DNA of 64,000 nucleotides. It comes from Cyanophora paradoxa CCMP329. Taxonomy: Eukaryota; Plantae; Glaucophyta. The first letter of the stretch is position 1. Each line of letters starts with the position of its first letter. Below, in pieces: positions 12,708 through 24,496 of this stretch. Made by a program: the position numbers and the translations under genes. The stretch lies in contig QPMI01000655.1 in the NCBI GenBank assembly GCA_004431415.1, forward strand, positions 124,001 to 188,000, given 5' to 3'. The notes beneath the pieces are model-generated. The model was not told the origin of the DNA. It ran no database searches and saw nothing but the letters and a program-made list of their open reading frames with translations.

Positions 12708-12924
12708 TGCTGTGAAGTGCTGCGGACGGCCGCGCAGGCCTCGCGAGAGATATCGCTGGAGAGCCTAGCCTCGCTCAGGCCGACATCCAGGAATCTGCGT
12801 GCGGGGACCGTTCGAATCTCTGGCTAAACCCGCATCGCTTTAGCGGTTGGCGCACGTCGTGAGACGGCGGAGGTTGGCAGGCGTTAGGTGACGCGGCGAG
12901 TCGGTGACTCCGCTGATCCTGGAG

Positions 12925-15538
12925 ATGGCGTCCGACGCCCGAGTGAGAGACTCAAAGAATGGACTCACACGTTGCCACCGGCTGCGAAGCGTGCGATGCA
13001 GCGCTCGGCCGAACCGTCCAAACAGAACCGAGTACCCCCAGGACTACGCCGTGACGACGCCGTGGCGCCGCCGCGCGCGTGATTCGACGGCTGGTCGCCG
13101 CGCAGCTGCAGCACACTGGCGCGCCAACGCGTCGAGCCGTCGCACCGCATCGGCCAGCTGCGCGAAGTGTTGCTGCGCAACATCGATCCGGGCCCGACCT
13201 CGCTGTACGCGCTCCCGGACCTCGTGTGCACTCTACACCAGGGCAAGTAGCTAACGCACGCGAATGGCTGGTCGAGCGCACTGAACTCCCGCCGGCAGCC
13301 GGGCGGGCGTGGCGCGGCCTGCACGACTTCGAAGACCTGATCTACTGCTCCGATATTTGTCCGGCCACCCTCGTGCGCCTTAATGGCTATTTAAGCGCGC
13401 CGGCGCACCCCTCCTGCCCGCCGAGCGTGCCTCGCGCCAGAACCCCTCCTGGCCGGTCAGCTTCGGCGAGGGATGCGCGGCGGGCGCCCAGTCGCCCGAC
13501 GTCCTGAGGCAGTCCGATATCCTTCGCTCCGCCCCGCGTGCCCGGCCTGGGCACAGTGCCTTCCACCGCCCCGCCGCGCGCCTTGACGCGCCCCGCCCAC
13601 TGGCCGTCCTGCGCGTTTATGACGTGACGGAGGCGGGGCGGGGCGGCGGGGCGGCTGCCGCCGCGCTGCGCGGCCGGCGGCCGCTCCTCGAGGTGGAGCT
13701 CCGCCTCGGCTCCCTCGTGCCCCTTGGGGCGAAGGCCCGCGCGCCCCCCGCGCCCCCCTGGCCCCCGCGCCGGGGCGCTCAGGGGCGGGCTCAGATGACG
13801 GAGGTGGGCGGCCTGCCGCCCAACACCGTCGTCGTGCGCCTCGCGGGGGGCCCCTCCTCGCCCACCTCCCCGACCGGGCCCCGCCCACGCACGCCCCGCC
13901 CCGCCCGCCCCGCCCCGCCCGCCGCCTCTCTCCCTCATCCGGTCCGACGCGCAGGCCGCTCAGACGCCGCCGGTCGCCGGGCAGGGGCGGGGGAGCGGAG
14001 AGCTGCTCCCGCCGCCCCTGCACTCCGCTCTCTCTTCAGCCCTCGCCATCGACTCGAGCATCCGCTCGCTCCTCGGGGGGCCCGGGGCGGCCCCGCGCGC
14101 CGCCGCCCCGGCTTCCGGGGCGGGGCGGGGGCCGGGGGCTGGGCCGCACGGGAGGCCCTCTCGGTGCTGCAGCTGCAGCGGGGCGTGCTACGGGTGCTCG
14201 AGCTCGAGCACCGCCTCCGCCTCGCCCGCCGCCAGCGCGCCGCCGCCCACGACGCCCTCTGCTCCGCCCTCGCCCGCCGCCGCGCCGCCCTCGAGCAGGC
14301 CGACGCCCGCGCCCAGCGCGCCGCCGCCGCCCGCCGCCTCGCCGCCGCCCTCGACGACGCCGCCGCCGCCCTCGACTCCGGTCCGCCCCGCCCCGCGCTC
14401 GCCCCGCCCCGCTCTGGCTAACACCGCGTGTGCGGCGCAGCGCGGGGGCGGCCGAGGAGCGGAGGGAGAGGCTGGAGGCGCGGCGGGGCCGGGCGGCGGC
14501 GACGGCGGCGGCGCTGCAGGCGGCCCGCGCGCGCCGCGAGGACCTCGCCGCCGCCCGCGACGCCAACCGGCGCGCCCCGCCCGCCCCGCCCGCCCGCCTC
14601 CGCGCCGCTGCTCGCTGAGGCCGGGGCCGTGCAGGGCCGGCCTCGCTGCCTTTGCCGAGCTGCTGCACGCCCGCCAAAAGCACATGATCCGGTGCGCGCC
14701 GCCCCCCGGCCCCGGGCCCTCGCTCGCGGGCCCGCCCTCCTCCGTCCCCGCGCGGCTGACGCCCGACGGGGGCCGCAGGGAGCTGGCGGACGTCTTCCCC
14801 GTGTGGCTCCCCACGAGCGCCGCGGCGGCGGCCCGGTTCCCGCCCTCGCGGCGGCGCTCGGGCGGGGCGCGGGCGCCGGCGGGCCCGCTGGGGAGCGAGG
14901 TGCTGCACCCGCTGATCGCGGGGGCGCCGCTGCCGGACTCGGGCATCGAGGCGCTGTACGTGGAGGAGGACAGCGCCAGCGCCGCCCTCGGCCACGTCGC
15001 CCACGCCCTCCGCGCCGCCGCCAACTACCTCGCGGCGCGGCCCCGCCCCGCCCGCCCCGCCCCGCCCCGCCCGGCGCCCGTGACGGGCGCAGGTCCCGCT
15101 GCGGTACCCCCTGCTGCCGCGCTCCTCGCGGTCCCTGGTGGTGGACGAGTGCCCGCCCTCGGGCCCCCGCTCGCCCTCGCCCGCCGGCCCCTCCCAGTGT
15201 GCCCCGTCCCGCCGCAGGCCCCCGCTGGGGAGCGCTGAGGGGCCGCAGGCTGCCGCTGTACTGGGGCGGGGCGGCGTACCCCCCGTCGGAGCGCTTCGAG
15301 CTCGCTGTCTTTTACCTCTGCAAGGACGCCCAGCAGGTCGGCGCCGCGCGCCCTCGCCGCGAGCCGGCGCCCCCTGACGAGGGGGGCGGCGCAGGTGCTG
15401 CGGGGGGCGGGCCTGCGGGCGCCCCACGCGCACGCCCTCCTGAGGAACCTCGACGCCCTCTACGCCGCCGCCGAGGCCGAGGACGAGCCGGGGGACCCGC
15501 GGGCCCCGCCCCCCGCCCCCGAGCCCCCGCCCCCCTAG
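12925..15538 (+). CDS. UVRAG: UVRAG / VPS38 (class III PI3K complex II subunit)
   Basis: C2-like LREVLLRNID...IYCSDICPATLNPSW...LEVELRLGSLVPLG; coiled coil; C-terminal SAALGHVAH...YLAVPLRYPL..RSSRS...PLY...RFELAVFYLCKDAQQ...LLRNL matches UVRAG (VALGYTAH...VPLRYPI..KGSRS...FDYGVYLLNKNIAQL). Confidence 0.85.
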
Positions 15539-15848
15539 CCCCCGCCCTCGACGTCGTCGGATCTCGGGACTCGGCGATTGTCGTTGCTCGCAATCAAATA
15601 CTGTCCGTAAACGATAATATGGAACTGCGGAAGAAAGAAATAGAAAGGAAGCCTGGTCACTAGTATAGTTACATGTGAGTGTCACCAACTCAAACGCTGC
15701 CAGCGAGGTCCTGCCTGAAATCTACGCGGGACGAGTACGTGTACAACAGGGCGAGAGCTTATAGGAGGGCTCTCTGGGGTGCGGTGAAGTCGGGGGCGAC
15801 CCAGAGGAAGGAGCGGGGGCGGCGGGGCGGGCGGCGCGGGGCGGTGCG

Positions 15849-16576
15849 CTATTCCTGCTCGGCCTCCATCTCCGTGGCGGGGCTGCTCTCCTTGGCGGCG
15901 ACCTCGGCGGGGGCCGGCTCGGGCTTGGCGGCCTCGGGGGCGTTGAAGGCGCGCTCGAGCAGGTCGGTCATCACCTCCTTCTTCATCGAGCCGACCCGCT
16001 CGTTGAAGACCTCCAGCACTGCCCCGCACCCGCCCTCAGCGCCCCGCCAGCGCTAGCCACCCACGCGGGGCGAGCGCTCACCCTTCCAGAACTTGAGCTC
16101 GTCGTGGATCAGGTCCCGCGTCGCGAACACGCGGAGCGCTGCCGGGCACATGTCAGCACTTGGCGAGAGCCGGATCGAATTTCGAGTGGCCCGCGGGCTC
16201 CAGCACTAGGACGTGTGGCCCCGGATCGGAACGGATGCGGGAGCGATGTACGGTAAAGGAGCAAAAGAAAGCGCGCTGGAGGGACGGCCGGCGGCAAAGT
16301 CTAGCGGCGCACCCATCTCGCGGTTCCAGCGCAGCATCTCCATGTTGAACTGGCGGCAGGGACACGTCAGAGAGCTGCCGCGGAAGCTGGGCGCTGCACG
16401 GCAGACTCGCGCGCTCACAGTCTCGGGGTCCTTGAGGCCTGTTTGGTGGTCGGCGACCCACAGGTGCAGCTCTCGGAAGCTAGAAATTGCAAGAAGCGTG
16501 AGCTGCTGTGTCAAAAGCGGGAACCACATTATCAGAACTCACCGAACGGGGTCAGTTTCTGTACGTATGAAGAGCC
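15849..16576 (-). CDS. Small hypothetical protein (multi-exon; 5' end uncertain)
   Basis: Spliceable exons FRELHLWVADHQTGLKDPET^FNMEMLRWNREM...DLIHDELKFWK^VLEVFNERVGSMKKEVMTDLLERAF...EMEAEQE* with coding-like codon use. No family recognised. Confidence 0.5.
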
Positions 16577-17103
16577 GGGACGGCGGCGGTCAGCTCCCAG
16601 CACTGAACAGGCGCACGGCTAAAAAGACCGGACCTTCCAGTTGGCCAAGCACTGTCCTCACTGCGCAAATCAAGTAGTTAGCGGACGCAACAGCACAGGA
16701 CCGCGCCGGGAAACTGAGTGAACAGCCGCCACAGATCAGGCCCCGCCGTGAAGCGCACCGGCCTTATAGTTGCACCAGTTTACCTAGAAGCAAAGCGGTG
16801 ACATCAGCACAACCGTGAGACAATTGCGGGGGAGCATAGCGGGCGACCGTGTACCAGCTCGCGGGCGATCTCCTTTTCAAAGTGCAGGCCCGGGGAGGGA
16901 GGCGGAGTCGAGCCAGACCCACCGGGAGGAGGCGTGGCACCGTTGTTCGGACCCGGCGCTGGCGAGTCATCCTCCGCTTTGGCGGCAACAAACCACTGCG
17001 CAACGGCACAAGCAGCAGTTAGACGCGTGCACTGCAGACCAAAGCGCATCCAAATTCCCGCCACGGACCCGCTGGGGACGCGAGGCCGGCGCCGGCCGCC
17101 TCC

Positions 17104-17395
17104 GCGGGCCGGCGAGGCCGCAGGATCGCGAGCCGGTGGCACCCGGGACGGTGCGGCGGGAGACGGCGACGGGCGCCGACGTCGCAAACATGGTTATTGC
17201 CGGCGCGTTTGGCTGGCAGATGGCGAGAGCTGGAACTGTGAGAACGCGTGTACCCGGTCGCGCGAACCACCAATACTGCACAAATCATGGGGCACCCCCC
17301 GAGGGCCGCGCAGTCGCGTGGGCGCGCTGCCACGCTTCTACTGAAGTTTGCAACGAGGAGCAAGTGGGAGGCGCGGGAACCGGATCCCGGAGGGA
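17104..17395. repeat. ~290 bp direct repeat, copy 1 (copy 2 at 19158-19460)
   Basis: gcgggccggcgaggccgcaggatcgcgagccgg...gtcgcaaacatggttattgccggcgcg...cgcgtgtacccggtcgcgcg is nearly identical in both copies; the 3' flank is more diverged. Confidence 0.9.
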
Positions 17396-17538
17396 CAGTG
17401 CAGGGGTCGTCCACGGGTGTACCCGGTTTGTGAAAGACTCTGAGAACGCAGGCTGGATTCGAGCCGTGTACTTGTCGAGTGCAAATGAAGCGCAGGGCGC
17501 CGGCAGCTGCGCGGGCGCGCGAAAAGCCCGATGCAGAC

Positions 17539-18983
17539 ATGCCCGACCTCCTGAGGTTGCACGGTGCGCTCGCTTCCCTCGCGATGCGCTCGCCCCGCTG
17601 ACGAGCGCAGGCGAGCGGTTCATGGGCTTGTTCGACGATGCGAGCAAGAAGAAACGCAAGGAGCAGGCGGGATCGGTCCCTGCGCGGTGAGCGGCGCGCT
17701 TAGCTACGCGATCTCAAGCTGACCGCGCTGGTCGCAACACGTAGTCGCGAGCGGCGCGTGCGCGAAGAGGACGATCCCGATGCGAGCGAGGTCGGCTCGG
17801 AAGGGAGCGATCGGGGCGATGCGAGCAGCCAGCCCGATGCGGGCGAAGGGAGCTCGGACGCGGGCGACGGAGGGGAGTCCTCGATGAGCGAGACCGATGA
17901 GATCTTCGCGCTGCTCAAGCGCAAGCGCAAGCGGCCGCGTGGGCCGGCTGATGACCGCGGAACGGCCGCCGAGGCGGCGAGGAGCGGGGCGGGGAGCGGG
18001 GCGGGGGGGCGGGGCGGGCGGTGGTGGTCGTGCGGCACGTGGATCCGGCGAAGAGGAGGAAGGCGGAGGGGGCGCTGGACGATGCGGAGGCGGGGCGGGC
18101 GGCGTCGCGGCGCAAGTTCCTCAGCGCCAAGGTCTCGGAGATCTTCGACGAGGTGGAGGCGCCGCCGGCGGCCGGCTCCGGCAGCGACTCGGAGGTCGAC
18201 CTCCACCTCGACGCCGCCGTCATCGAGAAGCTCGGTCCGCCCCCCCGCCCCGCCCCGCCCCGCCCCGCCCCTCACGCGCCGGCGTGCCCCTCACGCGCCG
18301 GCGCGCCCCTCACGCGCCGGCGCGCCCTCTCAGGCGCCTCGGCCCTCGCCGGCCGGGAGAAGAAGGAGTACGAGAAGAAGCAGCTTTCCAAGCTCGGCGC
18401 GAAGGTGCCCCGCTCCGCTCCGCCCCGCGCCGTGGACGGGGCCCGAGGCGGGGGCGGGCGCAGCTGAAGGGCCCGCCCAAGGCGCCCCTGAAGATGCTCT
18501 TCGGGATGCGCAAGGCAGCCGAGAAGCGCGAGCTCAAGAAGCGCGAGCTCGTGCGCCCGCCTCGCCCCTCGCCGCCCGGCGGCAGCGCTCATCCTCGCGG
18601 GACAGGACCTGGCGACGGGGGCGAAGGTGGGCAAGACGAGCCGGCGGAAGAAGCGGGAGGAGATCGTGAAGGAGCGGCGCAGCGACCGGGGCCTCGGGGT
18701 GCGGCCCCGCGCCGCCCCCGCCCTCCCCTGCTCCCTGCACTCGCGCCCGCCTCCAAGGCTCCCGCGCTGACCGCGCGGGGGGGCGCAGGAGCTCTCGGGG
18801 CGCTTCAAGGGCGGGATGCTGCAGCTGCCGCGCGGCTTCGACAAGGCGATCGCGGGGCGTAAGAAGGAGCCCCGCATCGACATCGGCGACCGCGACTCGC
18901 CCCGCGGCGCCAGTGGCAAGCGTGGCGGCAAGGGCGGCAAGCGCGGCGGCAAGGGGAAGCGGGGCAAGCGGGGCCGGCGCTAG
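17539..18983 (+). CDS. FAF1/C1orf131 (DUF4602)-like small-subunit processome assembly factor
   Basis: MPDLLRLHG^ERFMGLFDD..., KFLSAKV, GASALAGREKKEYEKKQLSKLGAK..PPKAPLKMLFGM, DRGLG..SGRFKGGMLQL and a basic tail match recalled FAF1/C1orf131 motifs (LGAKPPK, GKFKNGTLIL). Confidence 0.75.
18267..18330. repeat. Intronic ~19-nt tandem repeat (gcccctcacgcgccggcg x3)
   Basis: Directly visible; each unit contains a CTCAC branch-point-like word. Confidence 0.85.
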
Positions 18984-19157
18984 CTGCAGCACCCGGCGTG
19001 CTCGGCTTGCCGGTCTCCGAGGTGCGGCCCCGGGCCCGAGAGGGAGGGAGACGTCGGCTCACTCTGAGCCCCCTCAGAAGGCTCGCGCGCCTCCTGCCGA
19101 GGGGCGCGCCTCCGGTTCTGGCCACCCCCGGCGCCGGGCGCCCGCGCAGGCCGCGTG

Positions 19158-19460
19158 CGCGGGCCGGCGAGGCCGCAGGATCGCGAGCCGGCGGCACCCG
19201 GGACGGTGCGGCGGGAGACGGCGACGGGCGCCGACGTCGCAAACATGGTTATTGCCGGCGCGATTGGCTGGCAGATGGCGAGAGCTGGAACTGTGAGAAC
19301 GCGTGTACCCGGTCGCGCGGAACACCAGTACTGCATGAATCATGGGGCACCCCCCCGAGGCCCGCGCCATCTCGTGCGCGCACTGCCACGCCTCTGTTGA
19401 ACGTCGCGGCGAGGTGCAAGTGCACGTGGGGAGGCGCGGGGGGTCGGATTCGGAGGGGAT
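19158..19460. repeat. ~300 bp direct repeat, copy 2
   Basis: Matches 17104-17395. Confidence 0.9.
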
Positions 19461-20180
19461 GCCTTAACCTTGAAGAGGGCCGATAAAGGGCTCGGGGCGG
19501 GCCCCGGGGCCGAGGCGCAGATGGGCGGCGCAGGAGCGGAGAGGCCCAAGCGGGGCGACGGGGATAAGGGTTGAGGCCCTAGGGGGAGTGGCGGTCACTG
19601 AGGACGCGTAGCGCGACTCGGCGAGGCGGACTCCTGGGCGGAGAGGCCCAAGCGGGGCGGAAACTGACTGCGTGGCAGCCGCTGGGCTCCAGGCGCAGAT
19701 CGATATCCGATCTGGTGGGGCGTCGCGGACGGGGAGCGGATTGCCGAATTCGAACCGCACGTGCACACCAGAAGACGTTTGAATTTTTCGGAAGATACGG
19801 CGCCATGGCCAGCGATAGGTTACACGACATGTACAGTCAGCTTTGCAGCACAGCTGTACAGCTTTAGGTATCGGTAGCACACAACTCGGGGTCCAAAGAA
19901 CGAGTTCCCCCTCTTGCATCCCACCGTGGCACCCCCCGCGCAGTTTGCAGCCTGGCAACCGGGGAGCCCTCTCGAAGCCTGGCGGGGGTAAGGAGGCCCG
20001 AGGAACGAGCCCGGTTCAAGGTAGGTTCCGGCCCTAGCACCGACGTAGAACCCGGGGGAGCGGAGGGAAAGCCTTCGCTGCGTCACATATACGATGTTGC
20101 ATTGAATAATAAATAAAAGTAGGGCCCAGAGCGGGCTATCTGGAAAGGAAGGCAGGCAGCCGGGGCGGCCGAGCCGATAA

Positions 20181-23100
20181 TTAGAAGTGGTGTGCGTGGG
20201 CGATGCCGGCGAGGTCGCCGTCCTCCTGCGCGGGGGCGACATGGCGGGCTCAGGCGGGGCCGAGGGGCGGGGCAGGGCGGGCGGGGCGGGGGCGGCGCAC
20301 GGCGTGGTGCGCGTGGGCGTCGGCGGCGTGGGCCTCGTGCTCGGCCGCCGGCTCCTCGGCGAGGGCGCCCGCCTCCTCCGCCCCCGCGGGGGCGGTGTAG
20401 GCGGTGAAGGCCTCGTCCGAGCCGTCCGCCTCCCCCGCCTCCTCCTCCGCCGCCTCCTCCGCGCCGCCGGCCGCCGGGGCGTACTTGTCGAGCAGCGAGT
20501 GCAGCGCCGCCGACTCCTCCACGCTCTGGGCCTCCGCGTCCAGCAGCGCCGCCGCCGCCGCCTTGCCGGCCGCCGCCCCCGCCTTGGGCACGCACATGCA
20601 GAGCGCCTTGTCCGTCTCCACGGCCGCCGGCAGGGTGCCCAGGGCGAGGCCCTTGGCGGCGACCTTGGCCGCTGCAGCGGCGCCCTTGGCGGCGGGGGCG
20701 AGCATGGCCTTGACCATCTTCACCTGCACGCGCCCCGGCGTGGGCAGCGGGACCGAGGCGGGGGGCGGGGGCGGGGGCGGGGGGCCCGGGGGAGGGCGGC
20801 TGGCACCTCGGCCTTGGCGGCGGCGACCTTGGCCTTGTCGTCGGCCATCTTCGCGGCCATCACCTTGAGCTTCTCCTGCGGCGCGCGTCAGCCTCGGGGC
20901 GGCGCCGCCGGGGCGGGGCGGCGCGAGGGGCGGGGCGGGCGGGCCTTGAGGGAGTCGGCCTTGGCGTCGCGCCCCGCCGCCTTGGCCTTCTCAATCGCCT
21001 TCTTCACCTCCCGCACCGCCTTCTTGTCCTCCTTCAGCGTCTGCTTCACGTCCTGCGCCCGCGCCACCCGGCGCCTCAGCGACGGGCCCGAGGGCGCGGC
21101 GCGCACGTCGGGGGGGAGGAGACCTTGACGGCCTTCTTCGCCTCCTTGACGAGCTTCGCCTGCGTCCCCGTGAGCCTCCAAGCGAGCAGAGCGGTGCGTC
21201 TGCTAGATCCAGGTCCGTGTGGAAACTCGTGCCCGCACCTGCGTCTTCTTGGCGCGCTCGGCGATTTTCACCATCTTGCTCTTCAGCTTGTCCGCCTTGT
21301 TCTCAAGCTTCTCGACCAGCTTCTCCTTCCCCGCATCCTTGGCCTGCAGCGGGGGGAACTCTGAGCACAGCAGGAGCGGGGGCGCGGGGCGCCCGGGGGG
21401 CGGGCCGGGGGCCGGGGCGCGCACGGCGGCGATCTTGGCCTTGACGTCGGCGAGCTTGGTGGCCACCTTGCCGACCTTGGCCGACGCCTTCTCCACCCAC
21501 TTCTCCAGCAGCCTGCCCGCGCCGGCGCCTCAGAGCGCGCTGCGGGGGGGCGCGTCCCGGCCGCCGGCCCCGCACTTGATGATCTTGTCGCGTGCCTCCT
21601 TCCCGGCCTTGTCCACCGCCGCCGCCTAGCGCCGCATCGTGAGAAGCTGCAGAAGACGCTGGGGGGCGGAACGGGCACCTTCTTCTCCACCTTCGCCAGC
21701 TTCACTGCGGTACAGAGTGAGGCGGCGGGTCTCCGAGCTCAACGAGTGGCAGGGGCTCGCAGGCTACCCTTCAGCTTGGCCAGCTTCTCCTTGAGCTTCT
21801 GGACCTTCTTGTCGTTGCCGGCCTTCTTCGCCTGCGGGGCGGAGAGAAGCGTGAGGGGCGGGGTGGCGTGGAGGGCCGGGGGCGGGGGCGCGCCGTCTTG
21901 AGCTTCTCCTTGGCGTCCTTGATCTTGTCCTTGATCTTGGCGACCTTCTCCTTAAGGCGCTTCTCAATGCGCTCGAGGCGCTTGACCTCCTGCGCGGGGC
22001 GCCGCTCGTGAGCGAGCCGCGCAGGGGCCAGCGGAGGGGGGCCCGCCCTCGCTGGGGGGCGGGCGGGGCGGGGCGGGGCGGGGCGGGGCGGGGCGGGGAC
22101 CTGCTGGTGGACCTTGACGATCTTGTCGCGGATCGCCTGCTCCCTCCCCATCCACGGTCAGCCTCGCCAGACGAACGGGACGAGCCGAGGGGGGGGGGAC
22201 GGGCCTGCTTCATCTTGCCCAGCTTTGCCTTCTTCTCCTTCAGCGTCTTCAGCTTCTCCTGCGCGCGCGCCGGGCCCGGGGCGAATCAGCAGGCGGCTTG
22301 GAGGCTTCTCGGAGGCGCAGTGGGCTCGGGCGGGGGGCGAACCTTGAGCTTCTCGACCTTCTTGTTGTTGCCCGCCTTCTTGGCCTGCGGGGCGGAGAGG
22401 CGCGTGAGGGGCGGGGTGGAGTGGAGGGAGGGGGGCGGGGGCGCCGCGCACGTCCTTGAGCTTCTCCTTGGCGTCCTTGATCTTGTCCTTGATCTTGGCG
22501 ACCTTCTTCGCGACCTGAGCGAGCGCGTGAGCGCGCGCATCCCTCGAGCAGCTGAGCCGGCGCGTTCAATGCGTTCTTGGACACCTTCTTGTGCCACTGC
22601 GCACCCGCCCCGCCGCGTCAGGGACCGGCAACGAGGTCGATGGCGCGGCCCGGCGGGGGAGGGGGGGGGGGGGGGGCGCCTTGCGGAGCTTCTCGAGGAT
22701 TTTCTTCTTGATCTCCTTCGCCTTCTTCATCGTCTTCTTGAGCTTCTCCTTAAGCTTCGAGAGCTTTTCCTTCAGCTTTGCGACCTTCTTGTCCTTGCCC
22801 GCCTTCTTGGCCTGCCGCGCGGCGCTCAGGAAACAGGGAGGGATCCAATTCGATTGGAGGCGCGGAAAACGATACCTTCTTAAGGGCCTTCTTGACCTTC
22901 TTGATCTTCTTGCGGAGCGAGCGTGCCTTCTTAAGCTGCCTCTCGTGCCACTGCGCCCCCGCCCCGCCCCGCGCTCGGCACTGGCCAGGGCGCCGGGACG
23001 GCGCCGCTGCCTGGGTCCGGGCACCTTTTCCATCGCTTTGTAAAGTGCCTTCTTCAGCTCGAGCGACTTTGCCTTGGCCTAAAGCGGGGGCGGCGCTCAG

Positions 23101-24458
23101 CAAACAGGCCGTTGTGGTTGGAGGGGAGAAGGCGGGCGGACCTTCTTGATCTGGCTCTTCGCCTTCTTCAGCTTTTCCTGCGCGCCAAGCCCGAGCGAGG
23201 CGGGTCAGCCGGCTGCTCGGAGACCGTGGGGCAGGGGCGGGGGCGGACCTTGAGCTTCTCGACCTTCTTTTCCTTGCCGGCCTTCTTGGCCTGCGGGGCG
23301 CGCTAGCGCTCAGAAGGACCCGTGGGGCCCCGCCGCCCCGGGGCGCTGCGCACGTCCTTGATTTTGTCCTTGATCTTGGCGACTTTGGCCTTGAGCTTCT
23401 CGACCTTCTCCTTCAGCTTCGCGAGCCATTTCTTCTTCGACTGCGGGCGGCGGCGCGGGCGGGGGCGTCGGGCCGGGGCGGGCGGCCGGGGCGCGCGGGA
23501 GCATCGCCTGGCGCACCTCCATCTTCATCTTGCGGAGCTCCTTGAGCTTGGCCTTCGCCTTGTTCAGCATCTGCCCGCCGCCGCGCCCCGCAGCGCGTCA
23601 CCCGCCGCCCCCGCCCAGCCCAGCCGCACGCCCGCTCGACCCCCGCCCACCTTCTTCGCATCCTTCAGCTTCTCCTGCGCGCGCGGCGGGCCCGGGGCGG
23701 GTCAGCCGGCGGCTCGCAGGCTGCTCGAGGCCGGCGCAGGCTCTCGGCGAGGGAGGGGGGGGCGGGGGGCGCACCTTGAGCTTCTCGACCTTCTTGTCGT
23801 TGCCGGCCTTCTTCGCCTGCGGGGCGGAGAGAGGCGTGAGGGGCGGGGTGGCGTGGAGGGAGGGGGGCGGGGACGCGCCGTCTTGATCTTCTCCTTAAGG
23901 ATCTTCACCTTGTCCTTGAGCTTCTCGATCCTCTCCTTCAGCTTCGCGATCCACTGCGAGGCGCCGGCCCCGTGTCAGGAGGGCGCCCCGCAGACCATGG
24001 AGCCCAGACAGCGGCCAGCTTCCAGTCCGCGTGGCAGCCCAAGCCTAGCGGGGGTAGGAGGCGAGGGAGGGTAGGGGTAGGACCTTCTTGATGTGCTTGG
24101 AAACCTTCTTTCGGAGATCCTTGACCTTCTGCTTCTTCTCCTTGAGGTCCGCCTTCGCCTTCTTCAGCTCCTTCTTCGCCGTCTTCCTCTTCTCGTCGTT
24201 GCTCGCCTGCCGGCCGCGCCTGCTCAGGCGGGGGCGCTGCTGCGGGGCGCCGGGGCTTGCGTCGGCGCACCAGCTTGACCTTGGACTTCAGTGCCTTCAC
24301 CTGTGCGCGGCCTCGTCAGCCCCTGCCGATCGACGACGCAACATGCGCAGCCATTGTCGTCCCTCGCGTTCTGCACCTTCTCCTTCTGATCCTTGACCTG
24401 CGCGCGAGGTGGGCCGCCGGCCCTCGTCAGTCTGGGGTACGACTACCGCAAGCTCCAG

Positions 24459-24496
<38 letters not shown>

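Noticed and set aside
17104-19460. LTR retrotransposon
   Set aside because: No TG...CA ends, primer-binding site or gag/pol; the enclosed gene is an intron-containing housekeeping gene.
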